Source: a virus (taxonomy: Duplodnaviria; Caudoviricetes). Taken from it: a stretch of 28,685 bases of DNA. The notes under the pieces were generated by a model, which worked only from the letters and a program-made list of their open reading frames with translations, did not search any database and was not told where the DNA came from. The stretch covers positions 1 through 28,685 of IMG/VR virus record IMGVR_UViG_3300027283_000007. One strand, given 5' to 3'. Shown in pieces: positions 9,290 through 16,309 of this stretch (positions are counted from its first letter, which is position 1; the number at the start of each line of letters is the position of its first letter). A program made the position numbers and the translations under genes.

Positions 9290-9391
9290 TTCTGATTCCT
9301 TATATCAGACCTTATTGAATGGTGTGCGGAAAGACAGTAAGGTGCTGTCTTTGTCGGTCGGCCAACCTATCCGCACAATGCAATTATATCA
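9290..9391 (-). promoter_or_regulatory. Extended -10 promoter plus structured RNA leader (copy A) of the HNH gene
   Basis: TG-A-TATAAT (TATAAT at 9388-9383). Closing stem TGTGCGGA/TCCGCACA encloses GGTT-GGCC-GACC and AAGACAG-CACCTTA-CTGTCTT. Two TAAGG sites follow before the ATG. Confidence 0.75.
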
Positions 9392-9401
9392 CATACTCTA
9401 G

Positions 9402-9920
9402 TTAAGGCGGATACACCCGATCAACACTGATCAAGCCGGGTTCTAATTCGTTGGCTGTTTCTTGGGCCAGTGTAATCAGCGGGTTCAATTGCATGGCGCA
9501 TTCAAACGACCAGCGCTCGATATACTGTTCTTCGCCCGATACGATGGGCATTTGCCGCGCATCTTCCGCATACAGCGGCGCCATGTCATAGCCCGAGGCT
9601 TTAAACGACTGGACCGCAATAGCATCCCGAAACAGCGTTGACAGTACTTTGGCCCGGTCGCCTGCGCGGGCGCCGTAGCAATCAATCTGTACGCCGAATT
9701 GATCAGGCCGCAAAATGGTCTGTGTCGTTTCCGTGTAGTTGTGCGTGTTGGTGGCCAAGGGTGACAGCGAGACCGGCGACATAGCGACAAAATCACCGTC
9801 GGGCAACGAGGCACGATTAGCCGGGGTTCGGATCACCTCGCAATCGACCAGCGACAAGATAAACGTCCGGAGCGCGGTTAATGCGTTGGTTTCGGTAACG
9901 CTTGCGTACACAGCGGCCAT
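9402..9920 (-). CDS. Tail completion/terminator (neck) protein
   Basis: 172 aa with a VQIDCYG motif; last neck gene before the sheath. Confidence 0.7.
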   Translation of the reverse strand: MAAVYASVTETNALTALRTFILSLVDCEVIRTPANRASLPDGDFVAMSPVSLSPLATNTHNYTETTQTILRPDQFGVQIDCYGARAGDRAKVLSTLFRDAIAVQSFKASGYDMAPLYAEDARQMPIVSGEEQYIERWSFECAMQLNPLITLAQETANELEPGLISVDRVYPP

Positions 9921-9930
9921 CAGCTATCCC

Positions 9931-10078
9931 GCGCGGTGATTTGGTACATTTTGGAAACAATGCCTATATCAAGAATCATGCCAGTGTTTAAACGATTGAA
10001 TTGCATTTAAAAATAAGTTGTTGGCATGAAATCATGCTAGGGCATTGATTGTTTACTGTTTGTGACATATCACCACGC
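9931..10078. repeat. Long nested imperfect inverted repeat filling an intergenic gap
   Basis: On the minus strand the nested pairs are GCGTGGTGAT/ATCACCGCGC, CAATGCC/GGCATTG, TCATGCCA/TGGCATGA and TTTAAA/TTTAAA. Confidence 0.6.
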
Positions 10079-10079
10079 C

Positions 10080-10445
10080 TCAATCCAGTTGCATGGTCAC
10101 GCCCACGGCGCACCAGTCCGGCCAGCGCTCTAACACGACGGTAACGAGATAGGTTCTGCCGCCGAAGATCAGCAAATCGCCGCCCTTTTCCAGCGCTCGG
10201 AACTGTCCTTCATAGTTGCCGTTCAGGTAAACTTTCTGCACTACGCCCTGAATATTAAGCCCTTCGATGCGCTTGATGTCGCTACCGGATAGCGCCTGCA
10301 CCTGTCCTGTGGTCGACGATGTGGAGTAAGTCGGCGTTTGCGATCCGTCGGCGCCGGTCGTATAGCCGGTGCTGGTCTTGATCGTGATATCGATAAACGG
10401 ATTAACCGCGGCGATAGCCCCGGAAACGATGCCGTGCAGGTTCAT
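10080..10445 (-). CDS. Head-closure / head-tail joining protein
   Basis: 121 aa, beta-rich, ending YLVTVVLERWPDWC; lies in the neck gene block. Confidence 0.7.
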   Translation of the reverse strand: MNLHGIVSGAIAAVNPFIDITIKTSTGYTTGADGSQTPTYSTSSTTGQVQALSGSDIKRIEGLNIQGVVQKVYLNGNYEGQFRALEKGGDLLIFGGRTYLVTVVLERWPDWCAVGVTMQLD

Positions 10446-10903
10446 TCCGTATCACCTTCAACGATGTAGGAAACTGCCCTTATCATGTTGGCCGTGTCAA
10501 TCAAAGGTTTTGTGAAGCCCTTTTTGGCCACGGTGACAGGTGACAGGGCCGGTTCATTGGTCTCGTTAATCGACCGCTGCAACTGGCCCTTGATACCCTC
10601 GCCCATGAGATTTAACGCTTTCTCGCCGTCGAAGTCGGTGCGCTCCAGCATGTTTCCGAGCGATTCGCCCCACCTGGGCGACTTGGCTTTCACCATGTTG
10701 CTGAAAAATGGCCGGGGCGGAATGCCAGCTGCCGGGGCGCCGAAGTTCTGAATGGCTGCAACCATGGCCACTTTAGTTCCGTCCGGATAATCGGCATCGG
10801 CCATGAAACCCACTTTCAGGCTTTTGGCGTTGCCGGTCTGGCTGGCAATCTCCTGCAACTTGGCTTTCAGCTTGCCGCCGCCTTTAAAGCTGATGCTCGT
10901 CAT
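10442..10903 (-). CDS. Neck / virion morphogenesis protein (HK97 gp10-like)
   Basis: Likely start MTSISFKGG at 10903; motifs AAIQNFG, IPPRPF and KPLIDT. Confidence 0.75.
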   Translation of the reverse strand: MTSISFKGGGKLKAKLQEIASQTGNAKSLKVGFMADADYPDGTKVAMVAAIQNFGAPAAGIPPRPFFSNMVKAKSPRWGESLGNMLERTDFDGEKALNLMGEGIKGQLQRSINETNEPALSPVTVAKKGFTKPLIDTANMIRAVSYIVEGDTE

Positions 10904-11292
10904 TGTACATACCTTGGCGCATAACGAAACGTCCGGTAAGGAGCGGTGGCTTGCCAGTAAGCCGCACCATAACGCGACTGCATGAACCAAGCCTGTGAGC
11001 CGGTCATCGGCCCCACGTCGGTTGTGACGGATACGCTACCCTCAGTGGCCGAGGCAATGCGCCCGACCAGTCCGGAGTTAGCCGAACTGGATGAGTTCAA
11101 AAAGGCAATGTGCGCGACCAGCATATTCAGCAGAACAGCCCGCTGAGCTTCATCCGTAACCGGGCTGGATTCGGTATTGTTTAAATAGATCGTCGCCTCG
11201 GTGAAATAGGCCGACAGCACCGCGCTGGTCAGGGCTGCAAACTCGGGATACCGCGCTTTAAAGGCGGTTTCATCAAAGACGACGACAGCCAT
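10900..11292 (-). CDS. Head-tail adaptor (DUF4054 family)
   Basis: [27 protein letters not shown] and SRYGAAYW motifs. Confidence 0.85.
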   Translation of the reverse strand: MAVVVFDETAFKARYPEFAALTSAVLSAYFTEATIYLNNTESSPVTDEAQRAVLLNMLVAHIAFLNSSSSANSGLVGRIASATEGSVSVTTDVGPMTGSQAWFMQSRYGAAYWQATAPYRTFRYAPRYVQ

Positions 11293-11621
11293 TAAACGTC
11301 AGCCTTCTCGATGCCCTTGACCTTTTTACCGGGCTTGTTGGGGTCGATGCCTTCAAAGCCGTTTTCGAGCGCTTGCTTATCGCTGGCTTCGGCTCTCGCG
11401 TTAACCTCTTTTTCCTGTGCGAAAATCAATCCCTGTTTCAGTGGCTCGAAGTCCGCATGGGCTTTGCACCAGGCATCAAAGAAATCTTTATCAACGCCAT
11501 GGGTTAGGCCATAGCCTCCGATAATGTTTGATGAATTGGAGCCATTGAGGGTAACGCGGATGCCGTTATGATCCAGATGCAGGCCTGCCGGAAGTTTGCA
11601 CCCTACTGTAATTGTTGCCAT
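11292..11621 (-). CDS. Conserved phage virion-module protein
   Basis: 109 aa starting VGCKLPAGL, between the capsid and adaptor genes. Confidence 0.7.
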   Translation of the reverse strand: MATITVGCKLPAGLHLDHNGIRVTLNGSNSSNIIGGYGLTHGVDKDFFDAWCKAHADFEPLKQGLIFAQEKEVNARAEASDKQALENGFEGIDPNKPGKKVKGIEKADV

Positions 11622-11641
11622 TTTATGAAGTCCTTAAAACG

Positions 11642-11664
11642 AAAAAACCCGCACGAGGCGGGTT
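11642..11664 (-). terminator. Intrinsic terminator after the major capsid gene
   Basis: Minus strand reads AACCCGC-CTCGT-GCGGGTT-TTTT. Confidence 0.85.
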
Positions 11665-11688
11665 ATTGAATGCTTGATTGATGCTTGA

Positions 11689-12717
11689 TTACAGGCCGAT
11701 CATTTGAGCGATTGCCAAAGGCTGCTTGATGATTGCGCCCCATGTGCCGGATGTCTTTTTCTGTGCGAAACTGGACAGATCAACCTTGATCGGATGCGCT
11801 CTCAACTTCTCATTGAACGCACAATAGCCGGTATCCTGACCGTCGATGCTTTCAACAATCAGTTGCATCAGCTGGCCGGCAGCAGTCGCATATTGCGTGG
11901 CCGTTTCGATGCGGATGTTCGGAAAGTTCTTTTTGATCTGGTCAGTGACATTGACGTTGTATTGGTTTGTCTTGGTCATGTTGACCTCCATTTCTGGAGA
12001 CATGGCGAGGCACATACGCGCATCACGCTCGACCAGGCCTTTAGTCTGAGTAACCAGCTGACCGAACAACTTGACGATATCGCCATAAATAGCGGCGCCG
12101 TCTTTCGTGCTCCATAACGTGCCTGAGCTCGCGCCGGTAGCGTCGGGAGCAATCGCCGCTTGCAAGGCAGGATCATTCAGAATGCCGTAGTTTTTCAGAC
12201 CATCAACGCCGTAGAAGTGCGATGCGTTCATGAACTTATCGAGCACCAGCGTAGACGCTACGTTCAGGTTCTGCGCGTAATTGATCTTCGCCTCGGCGGC
12301 AATGGCCAGTTCACGTTCGCCCCATTGGGTCACGGTCTGGAACAGATAGGATTCACGGCTGACCCAGTTCGCATTTGAGCCTACAGAACCGTTAGCGTCA
12401 AAATCGCCGTAAGAAGCTACCTCGCCCGTTGACTCAACAACCGGGAACATTGCTGTTTGCGTGGTCCAGTCGCCCTTTTTAGTCTCGCCCAGGATCGAGG
12501 CCGCCTTATTAGGCGTGACCAGAATGCGGATGATTTCAGGGTCCAGGTAGTTAGTCAGGAAAGCCGGAACGCCCGCGTTCGATGCGGTGACCAGTGCCGG
12601 CTGGGCATCCATGGCCAGTGAAATATCCATGGCCAGTTCGTGAGGCTCTAGCAGCCCTCTAGCCATCGGAACATGCACACCATGCCGGGCTAATTCATTG
12701 TGATTGATTTGTAGCAT
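11689..12717 (-). CDS. Major capsid protein (DUF2184 family, HK97 fold)
   Basis: 342 aa with GETKKGDW, YGILNDP and QKKTSGTWGAII motifs; followed by a terminator. Confidence 0.88.
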   Translation of the reverse strand: MLQINHNELARHGVHVPMARGLLEPHELAMDISLAMDAQPALVTASNAGVPAFLTNYLDPEIIRILVTPNKAASILGETKKGDWTTQTAMFPVVESTGEVASYGDFDANGSVGSNANWVSRESYLFQTVTQWGERELAIAAEAKINYAQNLNVASTLVLDKFMNASHFYGVDGLKNYGILNDPALQAAIAPDATGASSGTLWSTKDGAAIYGDIVKLFGQLVTQTKGLVERDARMCLAMSPEMEVNMTKTNQYNVNVTDQIKKNFPNIRIETATQYATAAGQLMQLIVESIDGQDTGYCAFNEKLRAHPIKVDLSSFAQKKTSGTWGAIIKQPLAIAQMIGL

Positions 12718-12721
12718 TTAA

Positions 12722-13663
12722 TTAGCCTCGTGTTGAGATTTTGATAAGTTCGTTGGCGGCGCCGTTAGATTCCACATAGAAATCGGTCTCCACGTTGCCT
12801 GTAGCAGCAATGGCCGTGCTCGTTACCACGGTAGCGGAGTCAACGATATAAGTGCCCGAGCCGCCGGTGCCGGTGCCCAGTGCGGTAATGACCGTGCCCG
12901 CATCAACGCCGGTGCCACTGATAACCGCGCCTACGCCAAATGAACCTGTCACCGTGCCGCCGACAGTCAGAACGCCATGAGCGCCGGTGATTGTGGTGCT
13001 AGCCACGTCTTGCGCAATAGAAACTTCATAAGTGCCTGCGCCGCCGGTCGTGCCGCTCAGTTGCTTAACAATGCGCGTGCCTGTGACAACGCCTGTACCA
13101 GACAGCAGAGCGCCGGGAACGATAGTGCCCGTGACAGCAGAGGCCGTCAGAACCGGAACGCCTTCATCGCCAGAGGGCTGAGTTGTACGGGCAATAACGC
13201 CGGTAAACGACAGAGTGGCGTTAGCCGCAACACTCGACGCAGAGCCAGAGCCGCTTGACGTGGGTGAGCCGGTAGCCGCCGTGCTGAGTGCGCCGGTTGC
13301 CAGATTCGCGTAAACCTTCTGGCCGCGAATGCCTTGAGTTGAGGATTTAGCCCAGAAATCGCCCCGGTTATACAACGATACCGGGCGCCCGGCCTGAATC
13401 AGCTCAGAGCTTTCGGCAAGCCATGTGGTGATGGACGCTTGCAGTTCATTGGCCACAAAACCAATCGGTGCGCCGGCGCCATGCTGGACCACTTCCTTAG
13501 TAAACGGGTCGATCCAGGCAAAACGCCCAACAGTGACGCCATCAGTGCCAGCGATCAGGCCACCAGGGCCGGACAGAACAGAGGCCCGCGGGTTGTTGCT
13601 GGCGAAATCGCCGGGCTTACCAGGAGCCGGATTAACATTAATTGCAGATTGAAAACCAGTCAT
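12722..13663 (-). CDS. Head decoration/cement protein with two inserted Gly/Thr-rich beta domains
   Basis: GDFASNNP, VGRFAW and GDFWA core between DUF2213 and the capsid gene; internal 60-aa tandem repeat. Confidence 0.75.
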   Translation of the reverse strand: MTGFQSAINVNPAPGKPGDFASNNPRASVLSGPGGLIAGTDGVTVGRFAWIDPFTKEVVQHGAGAPIGFVANELQASITTWLAESSELIQAGRPVSLYNRGDFWAKSSTQGIRGQKVYANLATGALSTAATGSPTSSGSGSASSVAANATLSFTGVIARTTQPSGDEGVPVLTASAVTGTIVPGALLSGTGVVTGTRIVKQLSGTTGGAGTYEVSIAQDVASTTITGAHGVLTVGGTVTGSFGVGAVISGTGVDAGTVITALGTGTGGSGTYIVDSATVVTSTAIAATGNVETDFYVESNGAANELIKISTRG

Positions 13664-13674
13664 TATTGGCTCCG

Positions 13675-14733
13675 TTAGATAGATTTAAGCTTTGCAGCGG
13701 TAGGGAATTGTGTTGCGAAATCAGAAGCCGCCGCCGCATCATGCGCCATTTTTGGCTTCTCGGCTTTTGCTGTGGCCAGTTTGATTATCGATGGATAGGC
13801 GGACGGGTGAACGCCGGTCACATCGATGTTCAGATGATCAAGCGCCAGCTTATAAACGGCTTCGGCGCTATCCATCGCGGCCACTTCGCCAATGATCGGC
13901 GCCACATCCTTTTCGGCCTGACGGATGGCTTTGAACTTATTCATCGCGGCATCGTGAGCGGCGTTGATAGCTGCATCCATGGCTTTTTTGTCGTCCTTCT
14001 CTTCTTCTTCGTCGTCCTCATCCTCGGCAACGGCTTCCTCTTCTTCGGTCTCTTCCTTTTCGGGCTCAGCGTCGCCAGCCAGCATTTTGGCGAGTTCTTT
14101 CGGATCAATAGCCGCGTCTTGCGCCAGCTTCAGCGCTGCGGCCAAAAGTTCTTCTTTGGTCATTGGTTTGTTCTCGGGTTGTTTAAAAGGGTCTGAATCG
14201 GAAACAACACAGTCGCGGCCAGCTCTTCCAAGCTCCACAATCGCCACATGATTCCCGATGATATTGCGCATCACTCCATCGAATTTAACGCCTTCAAACT
14301 CTCCTGGTGTCATATCGGGCGTGTAACGGTAAGCACAGGACAGTTCACACTGTTCCTTGGTCTCAATGCCGGCAATCGCCGCCGCATCCCAAACCACAAG
14401 CGAGTTGCGAAGGAACGGCTTAACGAACTCGGCATCAGTACCGGTACTACCGACTACGTTTTCCTTTTTCGGGTCGTCAGCGGAAACCGGGACATGCCGA
14501 TCCAGCAAAGGGATGTGATTAAATGAGGCGGCGCCTTTGGCCAGTTCTTCCGGATCACGCAGCAATTGATAAATTCGGTCGGCATCCAGTCCGAGTTCTT
14601 TATGCCCCGGTATCTCGCGGCCATAATAAGGATTAACGGTGGCCTTACTGATGTTCGACATAGCCACATGCAAGCGGCCATCGGCATCGACTGTGCGTGA
14701 CGAGCGATCAAAGGCTAGCAGTAATTCAGGCAT
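13675..14733 (-). CDS. DUF2213 prohead protease/scaffold-like protein
   Basis: NPYYGREIP, ELSCAY and GNHVAIVELGRAG motifs, followed by an acidic/helical scaffold-like C-terminus. Confidence 0.85.
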   Translation of the reverse strand: MPELLLAFDRSSRTVDADGRLHVAMSNISKATVNPYYGREIPGHKELGLDADRIYQLLRDPEELAKGAASFNHIPLLDRHVPVSADDPKKENVVGSTGTDAEFVKPFLRNSLVVWDAAAIAGIETKEQCELSCAYRYTPDMTPGEFEGVKFDGVMRNIIGNHVAIVELGRAGRDCVVSDSDPFKQPENKPMTKEELLAAALKLAQDAAIDPKELAKMLAGDAEPEKEETEEEEAVAEDEDDEEEEKDDKKAMDAAINAAHDAAMNKFKAIRQAEKDVAPIIGEVAAMDSAEAVYKLALDHLNIDVTGVHPSAYPSIIKLATAKAEKPKMAHDAAAASDFATQFPTAAKLKSI

Positions 14734-14790
14734 GGCTAGGCTCCATCAGCAAAAAATCCGTGGATACCCCTATAACACATGCGCTATCGG

Positions 14791-14825
14791 TGCTATATAA
14801 TCGAGTTTCAATCATCAAAGTGGAG
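14791..14825 (+). promoter_or_regulatory. Promoter -10 and RBS of the opposite-strand moron
   Basis: TATAAT at 14796-14801 and GGAG at 14822-14825 before ATG 14832; no clear -35. Confidence 0.55.
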
Positions 14826-14831
14826 TACGAA

Positions 14832-15209
14832 ATGTTATTAGGAATTTTGGCGGTACTATTCGCCGCAGTCTTTTTCAGAGAACTGAAATTACTGCTGGTT
14901 CTCTTGTTGTTGGTACTGGTCTGGAATTTTCCGACCGCTCAGGCCGGGCCGGTTGTCGATAAAGAGTTAGAGCAATGCGCCGGTATTGCGGCCATGGCCA
15001 GTACCGTGGCCAGCGTAAGAAACAATCAATTGCCCGCACAGGCGGCGATGCAGATCGCCACAGGGCAGTTTGGATCAGGGTCTAAATGGAATTTCCCAGA
15101 AGAGGGGATTCAAGGGGTTGTTGATATCATTTATGACTCAGGATATGCGAGTCCGGACCAGGTCAAAGAGTCCGTGTTTAATGAGTGCTACAAGCCGGCT
15201 AATCGTTGA
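14832..15209 (+). CDS. Moron: membrane-anchored or exported protein (125 aa)
   Basis: Start moved from 14697 to ATG 14832 because of the RBS. Two hydrophobic segments, an AQA signal-peptidase-like site, then a helical domain bracketed by two Cys. Confidence 0.75.
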   Translation: MLLGILAVLFAAVFFRELKLLLVLLLLVLVWNFPTAQAGPVVDKELEQCAGIAAMASTVASVRNNQLPAQAAMQIATGQFGSGSKWNFPEEGIQGVVDIIYDSGYASPDQVKESVFNECYKPANR

Positions 15210-15984
15210 ATCCGACCAGAATAGCGGAATCGGTACATCTGCAATTGTTTTCCATTCCTGGATGTGTCCATTTGCCATCCAGGAACATGCCCTTACGAAT
15301 ATCGTAAACCTCGCCATCAGCTTTCAAGTGTGACGGTCTCGGGGTTTTACCCGCGTGTGAATGATGCCAACGCGCGTGGGTCAGGCCCATATCAAGCCGC
15401 CGCGTTCTGTTGAGCGTGGCAGTGGCCTTGTTGCTCTGGTCCTGCGCGATAAGAATCGCCCGTTTACGCGTCAATGCGTAGCGTTTCTGTAACTCATCGG
15501 TCAACGTTGACAGCTTTCGGCCTTGCTGAACCGACCGCATCACCAGCCCCTGTACGTCCGTCAAATGCTGCTGAGCAATCGACTTGATTAAGCCGACCTG
15601 CTCATTGATCACGGCAACATAGGCGTTCTGCATCGATTCGGTCATTGTGAACTTCACGGCAAAGCCCGAATCCTTAAGGATTCGTTGTAGCGATCCGTCA
15701 GAGTAATTCTTCGTCTTTTGCGCGAACCAGAGCGCCAGCTTTTCGGCGCCCTCGTCAAAGTTTTTCAGCCATTGCTTGGCCAGCTTGTCCATGACTTCTT
15801 GAAGCGCGTCTGCTGGTATAGCATCGTCCTGGGCAATACCGGGATAATTGGCCTTGTAGGATGACGTCAGCCAGTACGCGATTGATTTGTGCATTTCACG
15901 CACCAGCTTTTTAAGTCGGCGTTGGTATTCGGCGCTGATGCCGGCATTGGGATAGACGGGCTTAAGCGTTTTTGTGTTTTTCAT
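15199..15984 (-). CDS. Head morphogenesis protein (MuF / SPP1 gp7 family), short form
   Basis: RAILIAQDQ, W.HS....PRPSH...DG and PG..NNCRC motifs; no C-terminal toxin extension. Confidence 0.9.
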   Translation of the reverse strand: MKNTKTLKPVYPNAGISAEYQRRLKKLVREMHKSIAYWLTSSYKANYPGIAQDDAIPADALQEVMDKLAKQWLKNFDEGAEKLALWFAQKTKNYSDGSLQRILKDSGFAVKFTMTESMQNAYVAVINEQVGLIKSIAQQHLTDVQGLVMRSVQQGRKLSTLTDELQKRYALTRKRAILIAQDQSNKATATLNRTRRLDMGLTHARWHHSHAGKTPRPSHLKADGEVYDIRKGMFLDGKWTHPGMENNCRCTDSAILVGFND

Positions 15985-16138
15985 TGAGTAATGAAATGCA
16001 ACCGGCCAGCACGACCTTAAACAAGTCAGGTTTATTGTTAAACCAGTTGTTTAAGGTCTGAGTGCTGACACCGGTTATTTTTGAGACTTCGGCAAGGTTT
16101 TTAAGCCCTGCCGACCTTGCCGCTTCTGATGCGGTCAT
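15962..16138 (-). CDS. Small HTH regulator (Aca-like context), 58 aa
   Basis: MTASEAARSAGLKNLAEVSKITGVSTQTLNNW; ATG 16138 overlaps the stop of the acidic ORF (ATGA). Confidence 0.8.
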   Translation of the reverse strand: MTASEAARSAGLKNLAEVSKITGVSTQTLNNWFNNKPDLFKVVLAGCISLLNEKHKNA

Positions 16139-16293
16139 AGTGTCACGCCAACCTGATTCCATTCATCATCACATAACGCAACAAGGAAACCGCGCGTCTT
16201 ATAATCATCAACAGCTATATCAAATTGATCTTCGTCGTCAATGTCGATTTCTTCAAATATTTCAGAGTCTTTAAAATATGCCTTTGCTTTCAT
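16135..16293 (-). CDS. Small highly acidic protein (52 aa), anti-defence candidate
   Basis: Below the ORF-track cutoff. MKAKAYFKDSEIFEEIDIDDEDQFDIAVDDYKTRGFLVALCDDEWNQVGVTL has 15 D/E and 5 K/R. It fills the gap exactly and is translationally coupled to the HTH gene. Confidence 0.75.
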   Translation of the reverse strand: MKAKAYFKDSEIFEEIDIDDEDQFDIAVDDYKTRGFLVALCDDEWNQVGVTL

Positions 16294-16309
16294 GACAATT
16301 CACCGTTCC

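Noticed and set aside
9323-9377. tRNA gene (cloverleaf-like fold with a 7-nt loop)
   Set aside because: Only about 55 nt with two arms and no T-arm GTTC motif; better explained as a regulatory leader.
9988-10068. 26-aa ORF MSQTVNNQCPSMISCQQLIFKCNSIV in the neck intergenic gap
   Set aside because: Very short with a weak RBS; the nested symmetry explains the region better.
15199-15984. MuF polymorphic toxin
   Set aside because: The protein ends just after the NCRC motif with no toxin extension; the variable cargo is on the portal instead.
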